Below are positions 1-16,461 of a stretch of 64,000 nt of DNA, in pieces. Source of the DNA: Octopus sinensis (lineage: Eukaryota); NCBI RefSeq assembly GCF_006345805.1, contig NW_021831731.1:299162-363161 (forward strand), read 5' to 3'. How positions within the stretch are numbered: the first letter of the stretch is position 1; each line of letters begins with the position of its first letter. Both the position numbers and the translations under genes were made by a program. Under the pieces are notes generated by a model. It was not told the origin of the DNA. It did not search any database and saw only the letters and a list, made by a program, of their open reading frames with translations.

Positions 1-1802
1 TCAACCGTGAAATTGATTCTCATTATCTGGTAACGTAAATATAAATTTATCACCTATATAAATCAAAATTATTCTATTGCTCATAAACAATTTCGTACAA
101 AAATCAGTAATCCTTTCACTTATTAGCTGACTTCATATGACCTTTCTCGTAAAACAATATCGGAGAAATTAGGTTTGTTTTTTCGAAAGAGAATAATAAT
201 TTTGGTTTTAAGTTAATAAACACTTTATAAAGTACGAGCAAACAATAGCATGTCGTACAGTTTCTATATTAACAATATTGAGAAGTGGAAAAGGGTGAAG
301 TGAGGGACAGAAACGATAGAGTACTGGCATCTAGTTATTTTTCCTTTATGTTCTAAATTCGAATACAACTAGAATTTATCTTTTATATCTCGAAGGTTGA
401 TGAAACCAAGTTGCAGTTACATACTTTGATAGATTCATTCGTCTACAGTTTTAACTATAAATGTTTGATTTTCCATCAAAGCTAGAAATCTATATTAGTA
501 ATAGCGTACGTTGCCACTCTCTGACCGGATGGTTCGATTCCATTTCAAATATGCTATCTGAGAGATAAGCAAATCCACAATAAGAATTTTCATTTTGTTA
601 TTCGTCTCAGGGCCATCGTACTGTTAAATAAAATAGTATCTACTCATTTGAACTAATTCTGCTTTGAAATGTATACATTTCTTCCTTCATCCAAACAATA
701 ATAAGTATAGATATCCCTAACTCACGCACCTAACATTTTCTCTGTTCTTTTATTGATAAAATTATATCTCTCCAGCAACTGCCTTTCTGTTAACATTATT
801 ATTCCAAGATGTTTAGCTTAACATAATTTGGATTAACATTACTTACACTAACTCTACCTCCACTCAAATTTCAATGCGTTTTTACAGGAACGTTGGAGTT
901 TGCCCTTCACTTAACTGACTAATGAAGACCAAGCTTTTCTAAAAATATGAATTTCAGTATAACTTGGAACACAATCATTAACTTCATAATGAAGTTACAT
1001 CATATTTAAATAAATAAATAATTATGTAAATTTGAATTATATGGCCGGAGACATAAATCTTTACAAACAATGGAAACTTTGGAAGAATAAAGACGAGGAA
1101 ATCTAAAAGCTATATATCTTTGTCACCGTCAGGTAACTAATAACTGTAACAGAGTGGAATATACATCTTAGAGTTGTTAATTTTTCTCCTCTATGTCTTT
1201 CCCTCTAAATTAAAATTTATTCCGCATGTTTATATAATTCCAATTATTTATACTCTGGGGATGTGCAAACGAGAAGAGAGACCGCTAGCGTCGGCTTGAT
1301 ATTCTACTTAAAAAATTGCAATTCTCTAGACAAATGCATTAATCAAATCACTGAGACTTTTCTAAAATTCATCATTAACAATGTCTTTTTGTTTTGGTAT
1401 GTCTGTGTGAAGTCTATCAAACATACATACTTATCTGCTTATTTTTTCTATTACTTTTTTTTTTCGTGACAGGGACACCGACAAACGGACAGATATTTGG
1501 AAACAAAGAAAGTATTTAGAGAATGCTAGCGTATCTGTAAAGAAAACCGACATTTGTTGATTCTAAAATATAGATAAGTCTTAATATTATCAGGAATCTG
1601 ATTTTGTTATGGGTAATAATTACACTTTACGTTACTGGATATTAAATCTATTTATATACTATCGAAAACGTGAACGTATAGAACACCAACAAGGTATTGA
1701 ATGTCAGGTTCAAAATTATTGACTTTCATAATATCAAGGGAAAACGAGTAATTGCTTAGTTGAATATTAGAGTCCCAAAATGATTTATTAAAACACAAAT
1801 TT

Positions 1803-3030
<1,228 letters not shown>

Positions 3031-3033
<3 letters not shown>

Positions 3034-3720
3034 ACGAAAGCAAGAGTTAAAAAATGTCGACAACTGAACTGTGGAACATGTCCCAACGTAATGGAAGACT
3101 CAGAATTCCATTTTAAGCAAGGACAAAATTTAAAATTAAAACTGACTTCACTTGCGCCTCTGAAAATCTCATCTACGTCATAGCATGTTCCGGCTGCAGC
3201 AGGAACTATATAGGTTTAACAGGGATGTCCCTCAGACGTAACAAATCTCCACCCCAATACCGTCAAATACCACTCAGTGGTTACATAGACAGATGTGCTA
3301 AGGAACGCCAACCATAATTCACAATATTCCCACTATATCAATGCACGGCAAGGACCTCCACTCAAAAACGACTAAATAAAGAGGCCACATTTATTGAAAA
3401 CCAGAACTTAAAATAGATATAAAATGGAATTCACAAATAAAAAAAACAACTAAAACAAAAGAAAAAAAGAAAAACCGCCCATTAGCTAAGAGATACTATA
3501 TCCACTGATTATCCCTTTAGCTAAAAAAACATTATATTCACTGATTATCCCCTTGAGCTATAATCTCCTGTATAAATGCAAAACTGTTTCATGACTGCTT
3601 CTACGCGAGATTAAATCAAAAACTTATTATGATTTCATAACATTGAGTCATGATTAACGAAGTGAAACCAGTCGACTCTGTACGTATTGTAATGGCTTAA
3701 TTAAATAATTTTTATCTACA
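3031..3720 (+). mobile_element. Penelope-like element 3' fragment with decayed GIY-YIG endonuclease
   Basis: [38 protein letters not shown] across a frameshift. Homologous to 52850-53290. Confidence 0.82.
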
Positions 3721-3742
3721 TTATCTGCTTTTTCACCTTAAA

Positions 3743-3778
<36 letters not shown>

Positions 3779-5090
3779 GTATATACGTATTTTGAATATC
3801 CGTCTCACAATCCCAATTCAAATATTAACCAATTATTATGTACATTACTTATACCTAAACACAAAGATTTCGTGTAACAGAAATAAAATTAGAACACACA
3901 TTGTTCATACTTTACCGTCGCTCTGGGCAGGCTGGTAGATTTGCAGAAACGATTGAGTGGCAGGTAAAACTTATTACAATATTTTCTTGATTTCCATTAC
4001 GTTCTGAGTTCAAATCCAACCGAAGACAACGTTGATGGTTGATCGATAAAATAAGAAACAGTCTAGAACAGGAATTGATATAAACGACTATACACGCACC
4101 GAAGTTTCAGACCTTGTACATATGTTGAAGATTGTTAATTGTAGCATAAAGTAAGTGGAATGATCTGAACCGGAAATCAAACTACATTGCGCACTCCATC
4201 CACATGAGAGTTTTATATTTTGGTCTTTGATGCTCATCAAATTGTTTAAAATAGTATCTAATAGATTGATATCATAAACGGCAACATTTCGAAAAACAAA
4301 GCCTTGCGATCTAAGCTTCACTCCTGTCCACAGTTATTCCCCTTATTTTGTTAATGCATGTATGAAAGGTTTGAACGTCACAACTCATATTCTGATTCCA
4401 TTTGAAATCAATGGGAGCTGATTACCAGTTGTAATGGTTATTTCTGATCACGAAAGGTCAGACAATCCACTCTATTTATTACGATAATACATGAGATAAA
4501 TAAATATTTATTCATATTATATTGACTAAAGAATTTCTCTGTAGTTTTCTTTTTAGTGAATAAGTAAGTCTTTTTTCTGAATATTCGATTAGACACATTG
4601 TGTTTTCTTTGCTTGCTGCTAGTCATATTTAACGTAAAAAATATCCCCAAAACATTTTGTATATCCTTATATATTTGAGCAAATAACGGCGTGTACATGT
4701 ATGTTCCTGTGACTATGTGTGTGATCTTTGTGCGTACTTCACTGATATTTTCTTTTAAATGTATGTATATTTTGTATGTCTGCATCTGTTTGCTTACATG
4801 CGTGTGCATATATATGTATATATGCGAATGATTATATATTTTCATTGTTATATATGTGTGTATATTGTATTTATGTATACATCATCGTGATTCGCTTTTA
4901 AATGGGTGTATGTTTTGTGTGACTGCAACCACATTTGCTTGTACGTGTAAAAGTATATGTGTATAAGTGTTGATGTATATATATACACATATGTGTGCGT
5001 GTGTGAATAAAGTATATAAGCCGAGGCTTCAGAATACATGCTTGTACACGTATAGATGTGTATATTTTTGCGTTCACATGTGTTAGAGAT

Positions 5091-5177
<87 letters not shown>

Positions 5178-7327
5178 GTTTGTGTTTGTGTGCGTGTATG
5201 TATGTGTGTTTTTGAGTATATGTATATGCATATATAAGCTGTATCTTCTATATGAATGTGTCACTTTCTCTCTCTAGCTGTTTTATATCCTATCCATAAC
5301 TGTCATTCGTTTACATTGAATTGTTCATTTATATTGGATTCAAGTCCCTTGACAGAAAATGTGAGCAAAAATGAGATTGGGAGAGAGAGAGAGAGAGAGG
5401 TGAGAAAGAGAGAGAGATTAAGAGAGAGATGTAAAATGATCGAGGGGTAAGTGAGGTGAGATAGAGACCATAAGACTGAGAATGCCAAAAATAAAATAAA
5501 AACAAAGAGATTATGAAGGTATATAAAGAGGTAGATAGATGGGTAGGGTGTGTACGTATATGGGTGTTTGCCAGAAAATAAGATAGAGAAAGGAATAACA
5601 AAAGGAGAGAGGGGCTTACAGAACAAAGCGAAGAAAAGCCAAAACAAAGTAGTAATAGTAATGAAGCAGTAAGAACAGAGAGAACAAGGGTCCTATATAG
5701 ATTCGTGAAGTGTGTGCACGTAAGAATATGAAGAGAGAGAGAGAGAAGGGAAAAGAGAGAGAGGGGGAAAGAGAGAGAGAGAGAGAGAGGTGGGAGGGGG
5801 AGTTAAAAGGGAAAAGGATAAAAAGAAAGAGAAAAAGAGAGAAAACGAAATTGGGAAAGAAAATAGAATGATGCAGACATCTAAAGAGACACTATTTCTA
5901 CGATAATGGAATTATTCTCTAGACGGAGGAACGGAACGATAAGTAGCTAAAATTTAATTTCACCGCATATATGTGACGAATGATAAAAGAAAGCCTAGCA
6001 GACGATTTCAACTAAGAAAAATGGCGGTGGAATGTAAGAAATAATAAAAGGAACTAGTGGAAGAAATAGAGATGGATAAAAGAAGAAAAAAAGACGAAAG
6101 TGATAGAGAGAGAGAGAGAGAGAGAAGAAATAAAACAGACAAAAATATAAAACATACTAAACTTTTAAAGGTTACCCAAAATTATCCTTAAAATAGGTTA
6201 AATCGAATAGAATTATAGGAGAAAGCAAATGCTCTGTGAGGGGATAGATAAAGAAATAAAGAAATAAAGAAAACACGCACGGTAGCGAACTTAAAAATTA
6301 TATTAATAAAATGCTAAGGAAAATTTTAGAAACAGCGATTGAGAGAAAGAAAATGAAATTATTATAAGAGAAAATAAAGAAAACAGGTGGTTTCACAAGA
6401 ATCACACAACTAGATGAGGACAATGTTTCCAATAACAATGACGATAATGCTAATTTGTACGACTGCCGGAAGAAAAATGAAAAGAAAAATGTCGACTTCA
6501 GCTGCTACAACAGTTAAAATGTTACTTTTTGATAACGCAACTGATCTAGCAACATTATACGATTAGTTAAAGAAACTAAAATTCAAAACAAACTATTTAA
6601 CTGCAAATAAAATGAAAACAAACAAGAAAAACGTTACATAACAAAATTAAACATACGGACATAGATTATAAAAAAAAAAATACGCAGACGTAATATCACC
6701 TTCTGGTTTAAATTAACTTACGAAGGAGAAATAAAAAAATGTAAACAACAACGAGAAAGATGGTGATGATGATGATGATTATGGTGACGACGATGACGAC
6801 GACTGTGACGACAACAACAACAACAACAATGATGGCAACCGCGACGAAGATAATTACACTGAAGGTGATAAAAATAAACCAGTCTTCATTAGCCACAGCT
6901 CTAAGAATGTGTATACCTGAAAAATGTTTCGGATTTACAATTTAGAAAAGTGTCAAAATTTGCTTCTTCGTTTTACTAGTTTGAACTCTTCCAATTATTT
7001 CTTGGTGCTAGTTAGCAACAATCACAGTATTACACATCAGATTTATGGAATTCACTGTCAATAACTATTAGGAAACCTCATATTATTTAAAAAATAAATA
7101 AATTGAAAACATTTCGTTTAAAAGATACAGAATAAAGCTACTCTTAATACGCTCTGCATTCTCAGTATCTTATATAATCATTATAACAGCATCACCATTG
7201 GCTGTTCGTCGGTAGTCGACGGTGACTGCTTATACTTAAACGAAGACATTATTTATCTTACTGGCATCTGATTAAAAAAAAAAAAGAGAAGCTGCATTAG
7301 TTGTGTAGGATTTAAAAAAAAAATGTT

Positions 7328-7463
7328 TCACCATCGTCATCACCACCACCACCACTACAACTACTACCACCACAACCACCATAACCATAACCTCTACCCC
7401 TTGTTGGTGATGCTTCTAATGACGATGACAACAACGGCACTACTACTACTTCTACTACTACTA

Positions 7464-7497
<34 letters not shown>

Positions 7498-7498
7498 G

Positions 7499-7562
<64 letters not shown>
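7328..7562. repeat. Compound trinucleotide repeats (CAC/CAT, CTA, CTG)
   Basis: Direct inspection; source of the poly-H, poly-L and poly-S ORFs. Confidence 0.95.
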
Positions 7563-9508
7563 ACAATGCTATTAATTATAATGATGAAGATGTAAAGGAT
7601 GACGGCGATGACGATGTCGATGGGGTGGTAATAGTCAGGCCGAACCAAAATCATCGTCATCATAATCGCTGTCATCTGGCTACTTGTAATTCAAAGATTT
7701 TTGGTTATTAATATGTGACAGTAGCTTGAAGCGTTTTATTTTATGGCTTCTTTGTCTCCTTACAAAGTACGAGTGACGTAATCTATTGGATCATTTGATA
7801 ACCACTGAAAAGTCCGTCATTATGAGTTGTAGCTAGCGGCAAGTCACACTGGTGCAATAGTTCTATGGTATGGTATCAAGTAAATATTGAAAAATATTGC
7901 AACTATCACCAATGATAGAATGATAATAACTATGGCTTATATCCATAAACTCTTCTCCCAAAATTTCTTTGGAAACAGTACAAGAAATTCATATATTGGC
8001 AGGAATACAGTGCATTAGCATTGATTGGATATGAACTCTGTATTCCGCCACGCTGAATGCAGCTGAGGCAAACAATTTAGATATTTTGAAATAAGTCGTG
8101 ATTTAATAGACAGAAAACTAAGGCAATGATGCTCATAGCAAATGAATTTTGGTCCAGAATCGTACAAAGCAGATTTCGAGAAGATACGGCGAATCCACTT
8201 ATCTCAAGAGCTCTATAATACATCACAACCAGCAGAAGTAATATTGTAAGGACAGAAAACTAAAGGGCTTGCCGTAACGAGATCACGTAATCCTTTCAGG
8301 AAGATACCTGTATAAAAAAAATCTCATTCTGTGATTGACTATTGCTTTACGCTTCAGAAAGTGGAGTTGAATTCCTAATCCTTTGGTTTATTGTGAGTTA
8401 AAAAGAATGCTATTTTCCCGAATATCAGAAAAATCAACTATCTGTTTTGATTAAAAAAGATTCGTACGTGAAGTAACACAAATGTTTAGCTGCAGTTGTA
8501 ATGAGAAATAATCATATTGGATGATAATGGTTGAAATACAAACTTCAAGACATAATGATGACATCCTATTGCTAAAAATATTCCTTGCTGCTCTAGGCAC
8601 AAAGGGGAGGGGATCAGTCGATTAGATCGACCCCAGTACGCAACTAGTACTTAATTTATCGACCTAAAGGATGAAAGGCAAAGTCTACCTATGTTTTCAC
8701 CACTTTCACTGTGTGAAATTAAGAGATAGAGCTCTAGTCACACTGGATAGGACACTAGTCTATAACAGTCAAATTCACCACGTGTTCTGACACGTATCCT
8801 GGTTTGCGATGTAAGTAATGACCAGAGATAGTTTTGAAAATGACCAAAGATACTTTACGAGAATGAAGGTCAAAAGTTGGTTTCGATTGTCCTTTAGAGC
8901 AATTCCTTATGTTGCAAATGTACTTTAGAAGACAAAAAATGAGAATTCCCATCGCCCTTTTCCTGAAACTCTCAGTCTTAATCACATTTAAAAACATTTT
9001 ATTTTCGTGTCCTTACATTTAATTACTATCATACATACCACAGCTTTTGTATTATTTTCAGTTTTCAACAGACTTGTCTCCAAATTTACGACAACATTTG
9101 GAACTAACAGCAGAATGTATCGTTACAACGAGAGATTGCTTCAATTACCAGCTAAAATACAGAAGTGAATCATACACAATGCTTTGTTTGTATTGCTACT
9201 AAATTGATTAAAAGCTATGTGTAAAGTACAATATCTTCCCAACTCTAAGTAATTCTCAATGCTATTCGTAGTGACAATAACACCTCCATATACTGACACA
9301 TACGCTGGTGTGTGTGTGTGTGCGCGCGCGCGCGTGTGTGTGTGTGCATGTGCGTGTGTGCACATACACGCATGTGTGTATGTATATATATACATACACA
9401 CACACATATACGTTTCGGCATCTATAAGCATATTCATGTATATTTTTTGTATATATATGTTTGCATACATTATATAGATATATACATGTGTATATATATA
9501 TATACATG

Positions 9509-9600
<92 letters not shown>

Positions 9601-9739
9601 TCAGGTTGCGATGGGTAAATCGTCACCATTCTATATATTTAATTTAGCATATGTGCATTGCTTGTTTTTGATTTTGTCCACTGCACAGTATAGAAGGGTT
9701 TGTTGGGTACCGTCTGTTAGAAAAACAGCACAATAACGC

Positions 9740-10468
9740 AATTCACTTTGCCAGAAATTTGGAAACGACAAGTTGTACTACTTGTCATTCGCGCCGGGGC
9801 TCCGATACGAACATTTTAGGGTGTTTGGGTGTCAATGTTAGGACAGTGCAATCTGACGACATCTACCGAAAGTGATAAAAATCAAACATCCAGTCAACAT
9901 CATGGTGTTTGTAGTGATCACTAGTGATGGCGACGTTATGCCTCCATTCATCCTCCTACTCGGCTTCAGACTCAACATAGACGCCTACATCAAGTGCCTA
10001 GAGGTGTTAGTACTGCCCTTGGTCAAGAGGGTGGCTGCTGGAAAATCCTATGTCTGGCAATAGGACTCTGTACCATGCTACACAAGCAGGAAAACCTAAT
10101 CATGGCTGTTTCTGCGACGACATTACCACTAAAATCTGACCACTTAACTCCCCAGAGTTAGGTGGCCACTTGATTATTATGTGTGGGGCGTAGTTGAGTG
10201 AGAGACCAACAAAACTCCTTGTAACACCAAAGATGAACTGAAGGCAAGGATTAAGGAAGCAATGAAACCGCCCAGAAGAGTTGCAGGAGAATCCGAAGTC
10301 GTCTGGAGGCCATGGTTGAAGCCTATGGCGATTTTATTGAATAGATTTACTCTTTAGTATTTCAAGATATTTTTTATGCAATTTTAATAAATATGTCCGT
10401 TAAAATGAGATGTTAGTGCTATTTTCATTTTTGCGTAATTTAGACGACAGTTTATTCACTGCACCGTA
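9740..10468 (+). mobile_element. IS630-Tc1-mariner transposase relic (3' half)
   Basis: VMVFVVITSDG..PPFI, YVWQ*DS and NSP..PLDYYVWGVVE..TNK..NTKDELKARI. Confidence 0.8.
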
Positions 10469-10699
10469 TGTGTGTGTATATATATATATATTTTATTTTC
10501 TCTCCCTGTTCATTTCTGTGTTCCTTTCTGTCGAAGAGCGTAGACTCGAAACGTAAAATACTTTTTCACTTCCCGAGCGTTAAACTAATACATCTGTTTG
10601 TTGTTTACACACCCGTCTTCGTCTTTTGTTTTTTTTTGGTAAATTTCCACTATATATATGTATACTTTTACGTACTATTTTTGGTGAAGTGGTGAGTTG

Positions 10700-12480
10700 G
10701 ACAGAAAACCTCTCCTTTGTGACTGGGTTAATCTGGTATCTGAGATAAAAAATTGTACAAACGCTCTTTGAAGACCACTGCATCTACACCTCAGGAGAGC
10801 CTGAGTTTATTTTCGATCACTAAAAGTACCTCCTTTGAGGAAGGAATTCTCGCTGTCATGGAGCTGTTTATTTAAGCGATTGGAGATCTTTATTCTCTGT
10901 CTCATAACGACTCACCTATCGAGGAATGATGTTTTTGTATGCAGTCGCTCTCTCTCTCTCTCTCTCTGGGACAAATCTAATGCATGACTCGTATTACTGA
11001 CGTGAATTCTTTAAGTTTCATATCAATGTCTTGCATAGAGAGACTTTTAAGTCAATTTTACTGGAGTATCTGTTTTTCAGATACTCAAGCAAAAGGATGG
11101 CATCAAAACCCTGTCCAGCCTAAACTTCTAGTTAACCTTGTGGATGTTCAGATTGGATAGCATTTGGGAGTCATCTGGTTAACACACAATTAATTAGTTT
11201 GGGACCATACATCATCAGTTCTATCATATTGTGATCTGAAATGATTGTCGGCGATATATTCATATTGTGGATAAGTTCCACATTGTTGATGAAGCAGAGG
11301 TCCAATACGTTATTGTTTCTGATTGGGAAGAGTATGGTTTACTACATGAACAGCATTTACTTTTGCCCATATGCTGTTGGAGAAGTTGAATTCACCCACC
11401 AGAAGTACATTGACACATAGTTTTGTTAGTATTTCATCATTGTAAGGCTTTTAACAAATTTACCATCGTAATTTGAGGCATTGGTTTGGTGATATGATGT
11501 ACATATTACCACACCATGTTACTTTAAATGAACTATGGGTATGTGTCACAGATTGAGTTTCAAGGTGACAATAGGGTTAGTGGTGTGACATTTTCACAAA
11601 TGTACAACAATTCCATCGTGACTTCTTTTCCTTCTGTCTGAAGGGAATACAGTACGCATTGGTATGAGTACCTCTGCATCGTTTATGTCGGCAGAAAGAT
11701 GCGTCTCCGTAAATACAATGCATATTATTTGATTGCATGCGGAATGATCCTTCAAGTACACAATTTTGTACTTGCAGTTGCTTTGTAAGAGGCCTCCGAT
11801 GTTTATCAGAAGAATTGGTGTGACCGCTAGCTTTTCAGCAATGGTAGTCACACTGGGTCTGTTTTTCTTTTTAGTGGCGGTCTTGTGTGTAGATGTGCAT
11901 GGTTTAGTTTTGCCTGCAACCATGCCAGCTGCTACAATATCTTTTGTGCCAGTCACATTTGAAAACATTCTATTGTTCCAAGGTTGCAGCCCGCACTGCA
12001 TTTGTATACAGCTTTCAAATACAGTAGTCTTCACTGCAGGTCTGTACTGGGATGCGAGTCTTTCTGTATGTGATTTTGTCCTTCCTTGTTGATTAAGTGG
12101 AGAGTCGTTTTTGCCATGGGTTCCGTTCTGCTTGAGATTTTGATGTGCAAAGCATCAATTCGTCCCCATCTCTTTATGTCAGCAGATATCTTTCAGATGA
12201 AATTTCGCTGTTTCTTTCTGTGGTTTTCCTATTGAGTCTGAACACTGTTTCATCAGGCTTTCGATTGGTTCCTTTACCTTTTCCACTATTTCGGGAGGTG
12301 GTGTTAGGGCTGCTTTTCTTAAAAGCTTTCATTTTCCTTCTTTTTTCAATTTCTTCATACTCGTGAACTTCAATCTCCTTGTTTGATGGCTACCTTGTTA
12401 CCTTCCTTATTGGGCCTTCCACATGGAGTTTCAAAGTTGTAACTGTTCTCTATGCCAGGTGCTCCACTTGAGGAGCATCA
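10700..12480 (-). mobile_element. Old, internally deleted CR1/L2-group LINE related to the 31-35 kb element
   Basis: LINIGGL..FTETHL..SDR..RSHDG, VLLVGEFNF and NNVLDLCFINN..ISDHNMIEL, then a jump to the C-terminal VFKERLYNFLSQIPD. RT core absent. Confidence 0.75.
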
Positions 12481-12759
12481 TTTAAAAAAAATAGTATCTA
12501 GTGTGTTCAAGTATGGCCTGATGAGTGCATAGCAACGGATAAATTCACCTTTTACGTCATATTTATGCTACAGATCTGGTAAATCCGTTGTTTTTCGGGG
12601 ATGCTGCGATAAGGTTGGTGGGCGAATCCTTTTCGCCTATCACCTAAGCTCCGAGGAACACGTCTATACACATATATCGGTAACCTTCCAGTTTCTTGAG
12701 AACATGTTTTACTTTCTTCTTTGTGTTGTTTGGTTATATGTGTGATTTGTTCGTTCATG

Positions 12760-12766
12760 CAGAGGA

Positions 12767-12802
<36 letters not shown>

Positions 12803-12947
12803 GGGAGAGAGAGAGCGAGGGAGCAAGAAACCGAAGGTATGATGGAGATATGAGAGGAAGGATGAGTAAGCTGAGAGAGGAAGAGGAGCAGGTAGAGAGA
12901 GAAAGAGGTGAGCAAGTGGAGGGAGAGACAAGAGAGTTCGCGGGTGC

Positions 12948-12986
<39 letters not shown>

Positions 12987-13450
12987 ATGAAGAAAATATG
13001 TGAATATCAGAGAAGGGAGAGGGAAAAGTAATTTAAAACAGAGAGGAATGGAAGAGAGTGAGAGGAGATCAAGTGGAAGGTGAGAGAGGAGAGAAATGGA
13101 AGAGCAAGAGAGGCGAGCAAGTGGAGGGTGAAAAAGGTGAGTCAGTGGAGGGTTGTGAAATAAGAGCAAGTGGAAAATAAGAAAGGTAGGAAATGAATAT
13201 GTGAGGGGAAGGTGTGTATGTGGGTAGGAAAGAAGATTGAAACAGAGAGAAGTGCAAGTGGAGGGGAGAGGAGGCTTAGAAAAAAGATCAGATGAAAGAT
13301 AAGAGGGGAGAACAACAGAAGGGGGAAGAAGAGAGAGGAAGGTGAATGTCAAGATTTAGGGAATATATAAGGGAAGAGTGAAAGGAAAGAGGGAAGAGGG
13401 AAGACAAGTGGATTGAAAGAGAGAGAGAGAAGAGGGAGAGAGAGAAGAGG
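12760..13450. repeat. GA-rich polypurine low-complexity tract
   Basis: About 700 bp of almost pure purine on +. Similar tracts at 5380-5860, 28590-28970 and, as pyrimidine, 62750-62930. Confidence 0.9.
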
Positions 13451-13515
13451 GAGTGAGGTTAAGAGATACACGAAGTACAAAGCAATCGTATTAGAATAGA
13501 GATGGAAGATATATA

Positions 13516-13558
<43 letters not shown>

Positions 13559-14039
13559 AGATAGATATTTTCAGTGTGATGGAAAGAAAGATAAAAAAGA
13601 AAAATCTGTATATAATTGTTGTGCCTGAAAATATAATGCGTTGCTTATTTGTTTACAACAAAAGATCTCAAATTAAGTTATTGTTATATTTTACTTGATA
13701 CACAATAATGCCATCACACGAAAACAGAACAAAAACGAGCTTACCTTAAGATTTCGCCTTTTGATAATTTTCAATAATTAATTAAACAAAAATTGCAAAC
13801 ATGTTTGTTCCAGTTGATAGTCTATGAAAGTAAATATTATCAAGTAATTAGAAACTTAAAAATTTTTTGCTTGGAAAGTTTTTCGAAGTTACCGTAAACA
13901 CAAAATAATGTCGAAAAATTTAAATATAATTCTTAAATAACCCTATTTATGACGAAGATTTCACTTATATTAATTTTATAATTTATATTTCACTCAGAGT
14001 CGGTTCAATTTTTGATCATTTCGATCTCTCTTTCTCTCG

Positions 14040-14077
<38 letters not shown>

Positions 14078-14247
14078 TGTATATATATTGTTGTGTCAGG
14101 GGAGAGTCATTCTCTTTTAGTGCTTTATTATGTAACACAGTCACTAGTAAAGTTTCCACTCATATATTTTCCCAAAATTTTCGTTGCGTCTTGCAACCTT
14201 TTCAATAGTCGTTGACTGTCTTTCTTTTTTTCTTTCTTTCTTTCTCT

Positions 14248-14358
<111 letters not shown>

Positions 14359-14639
14359 ATATATATGTATAAATATATTTTTGTACATATATATTTGTGT
14401 ATATATGTAATTGTATATATATATTTTTGCATATATATATTTGTGCATATATATCTTTTATCTTTTTATATTTTATCGGTTTTAGCTCAAAGCTGCGGCT
14501 ATGCTGGGACACCACCGGCGTGCTACACTGTTATTATTGAGAACCTCCTCTGATATGTAACATTTGGTGAATAAGGGAGTGAGATGTCACTGCCCTCATT
14601 TGCGCCTCTTTGCCGTTCATTTAGTCGTTCTGGAAGATC

Positions 14640-14825
14640 TGAAACAATATGACGACAAAAACAGTCCTCCATACTCTATCAACATGCCAAAGACCAGCAT
14701 GGAGGCAACCTGGGTCAACTTGACATCCGCATCTTATCCAAGCACCCAAAAGACTCAACACTCAGACAAATACTGGAGTACGTCCTTATAAATGAAACTT
14801 CCCCAATACTAAACAGGAAATATAC
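14640..14825 (+). mobile_element. Probable Penelope GIY-YIG C-terminal remnant of a different family
   Basis: Manual translation SILYQHAKDQHGG..IRILSKHPKDSTLRQILEYVLINETSPILNRK resembles the end of the PLE endonuclease. Confidence 0.5.
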
Positions 14826-15199
14826 ATAGTAGATATCATACACCCATACCCACAGTTTACACAGGTAGAGTAGAATGGTTAGTGGGCTGTTATGTAGATA
14901 GATGTATGTATATATGTGTATATGCACATGTATGTAAGCATATGGATATGAAAAGAAACAGATCAACATACAGACGGATAGGTACATAGGTTATATGAAC
15001 AGACAAGCACACATACGCAAATGAAGACTGTAACCCATGACTATATATACACATACACACTTTACTTCACACAATGACACATATGGAGATACGTGTCCAT
15101 ATATATGGAGATGCACATCATATATACAAACACGGTACATAGTTGCAACACATACACATACACTCAGACATGTACACGCATATTCGTTTCAAAGAAACA

Positions 15200-16075
15200 G
15201 GAAGCCTCATCTCCGTCCCCGCAGTGGAAGAAGAAGGCCTGCAACTGTTTCTAAAACATCTGCACGGGTATGCAGACGTGTGGAAGGAAGCTCGCGAAAG
15301 TCATTAAGTAAAGTTTCACAAGAAACGGGTGTATCTAGGCGTTCCATTGGCCGCAGCTTGTCTCGCAATCATTTTCATCCATATAAAGTGAAATTAGTAC
15401 ATGAGTTGCATGGTGATGACATAGATCGTTGCGTTGAGTATTGTCAGTGGTTTGAAGAACAAATACAGATGGAAAAGCATGTTTTATTCAGTGACGAAGC
15501 AATATTTTACTTAAACGGTTAACGGACATAATTCACGGTATTGGTCGGCAGAAAATCCTCGGTGAATAGAGGGTGTGTACGTCCAATAGTGTCCAAGGAT
15601 TATAGTGTGGGTGGCTATATGGGGACGTACGATAATTGGTCCTTATTTCTTCCCAATCACGTTAACGGGGGAGTCCTTCCTTCATTTATTAAAAACATTC
15701 AATGTGCCTTGCCCAGATGACATACCATTAGCAATTTGAAGAGATATGAAGAGATATGTGGTTTCAACAGGATAGGGCTCGGCCACATTATACGTGCGCA
15801 GTTTTTTTGGGCAATACATTTCAAAGAAAATGGATTAGACGTCGAGGACCGGTTGAATGGTCACCAAGATCTCCGGATCTGAGTTTTTTTAACTTTTTTT
15901 CTTATGGGGACATCTTAAATCAGTGGTTTATGCTAACAAACATTACAAGCACTAAAAAATAACATCACACAAGAAATTGAAACCATAAAGGGGAATAACT
16001 CTATGCTCAGAAATGTGCAAAGATCATGTGACTCCCGAGTAATAAAGTGTTTGGAAGAAGGTGGAAATCAAGTTA
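15200..16075 (+). mobile_element. IS630-Tc1-mariner transposase relic (rosa/DD41D-like motifs)
   Basis: RSGR, HPYKVKLVHEL..D, LFSDEAIFYLNG, WFQQD and WIRRRGPVEWSPRSPDL. Confidence 0.8.
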
Positions 16076-16376
16076 TCGCCAAGTCTTCATACTTTTAGTC
16101 TTGACGCAATGCCTATTTTTTTACATTATGAATGTGCCTACTATTCTGCTTTTATGGTGTTACTTACACTCCTATAACGTTGCTACAAATTTTGATGGCA
16201 ATTGTTTTTCTACTGAATCAAATCTTAATTTTCCTACGCTAAAATGTAGCTAGGGACCAGTCCTCTTCAAAAATGTTTCAATTTGGTTAAGAACTGCATT
16301 AGCGGCGAGAAGCTCTCAAAGATGAGTGTGAGTAAACTGCGTCCTAAAGAATCATTCAACTACTACCGTAGGTGGA

Positions 16377-16461
<85 letters not shown>

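Noticed and set aside
500-545. tRNA-like GGTTCGATTCC box (also ~1945-2030)
   Set aside because: No complete cloverleaf; these look like decayed SINE heads.
12552-13352. 266-aa L/S/P-rich ORF
   Set aside because: It is the antisense of a GA-rich tract, with no domain or codon structure.
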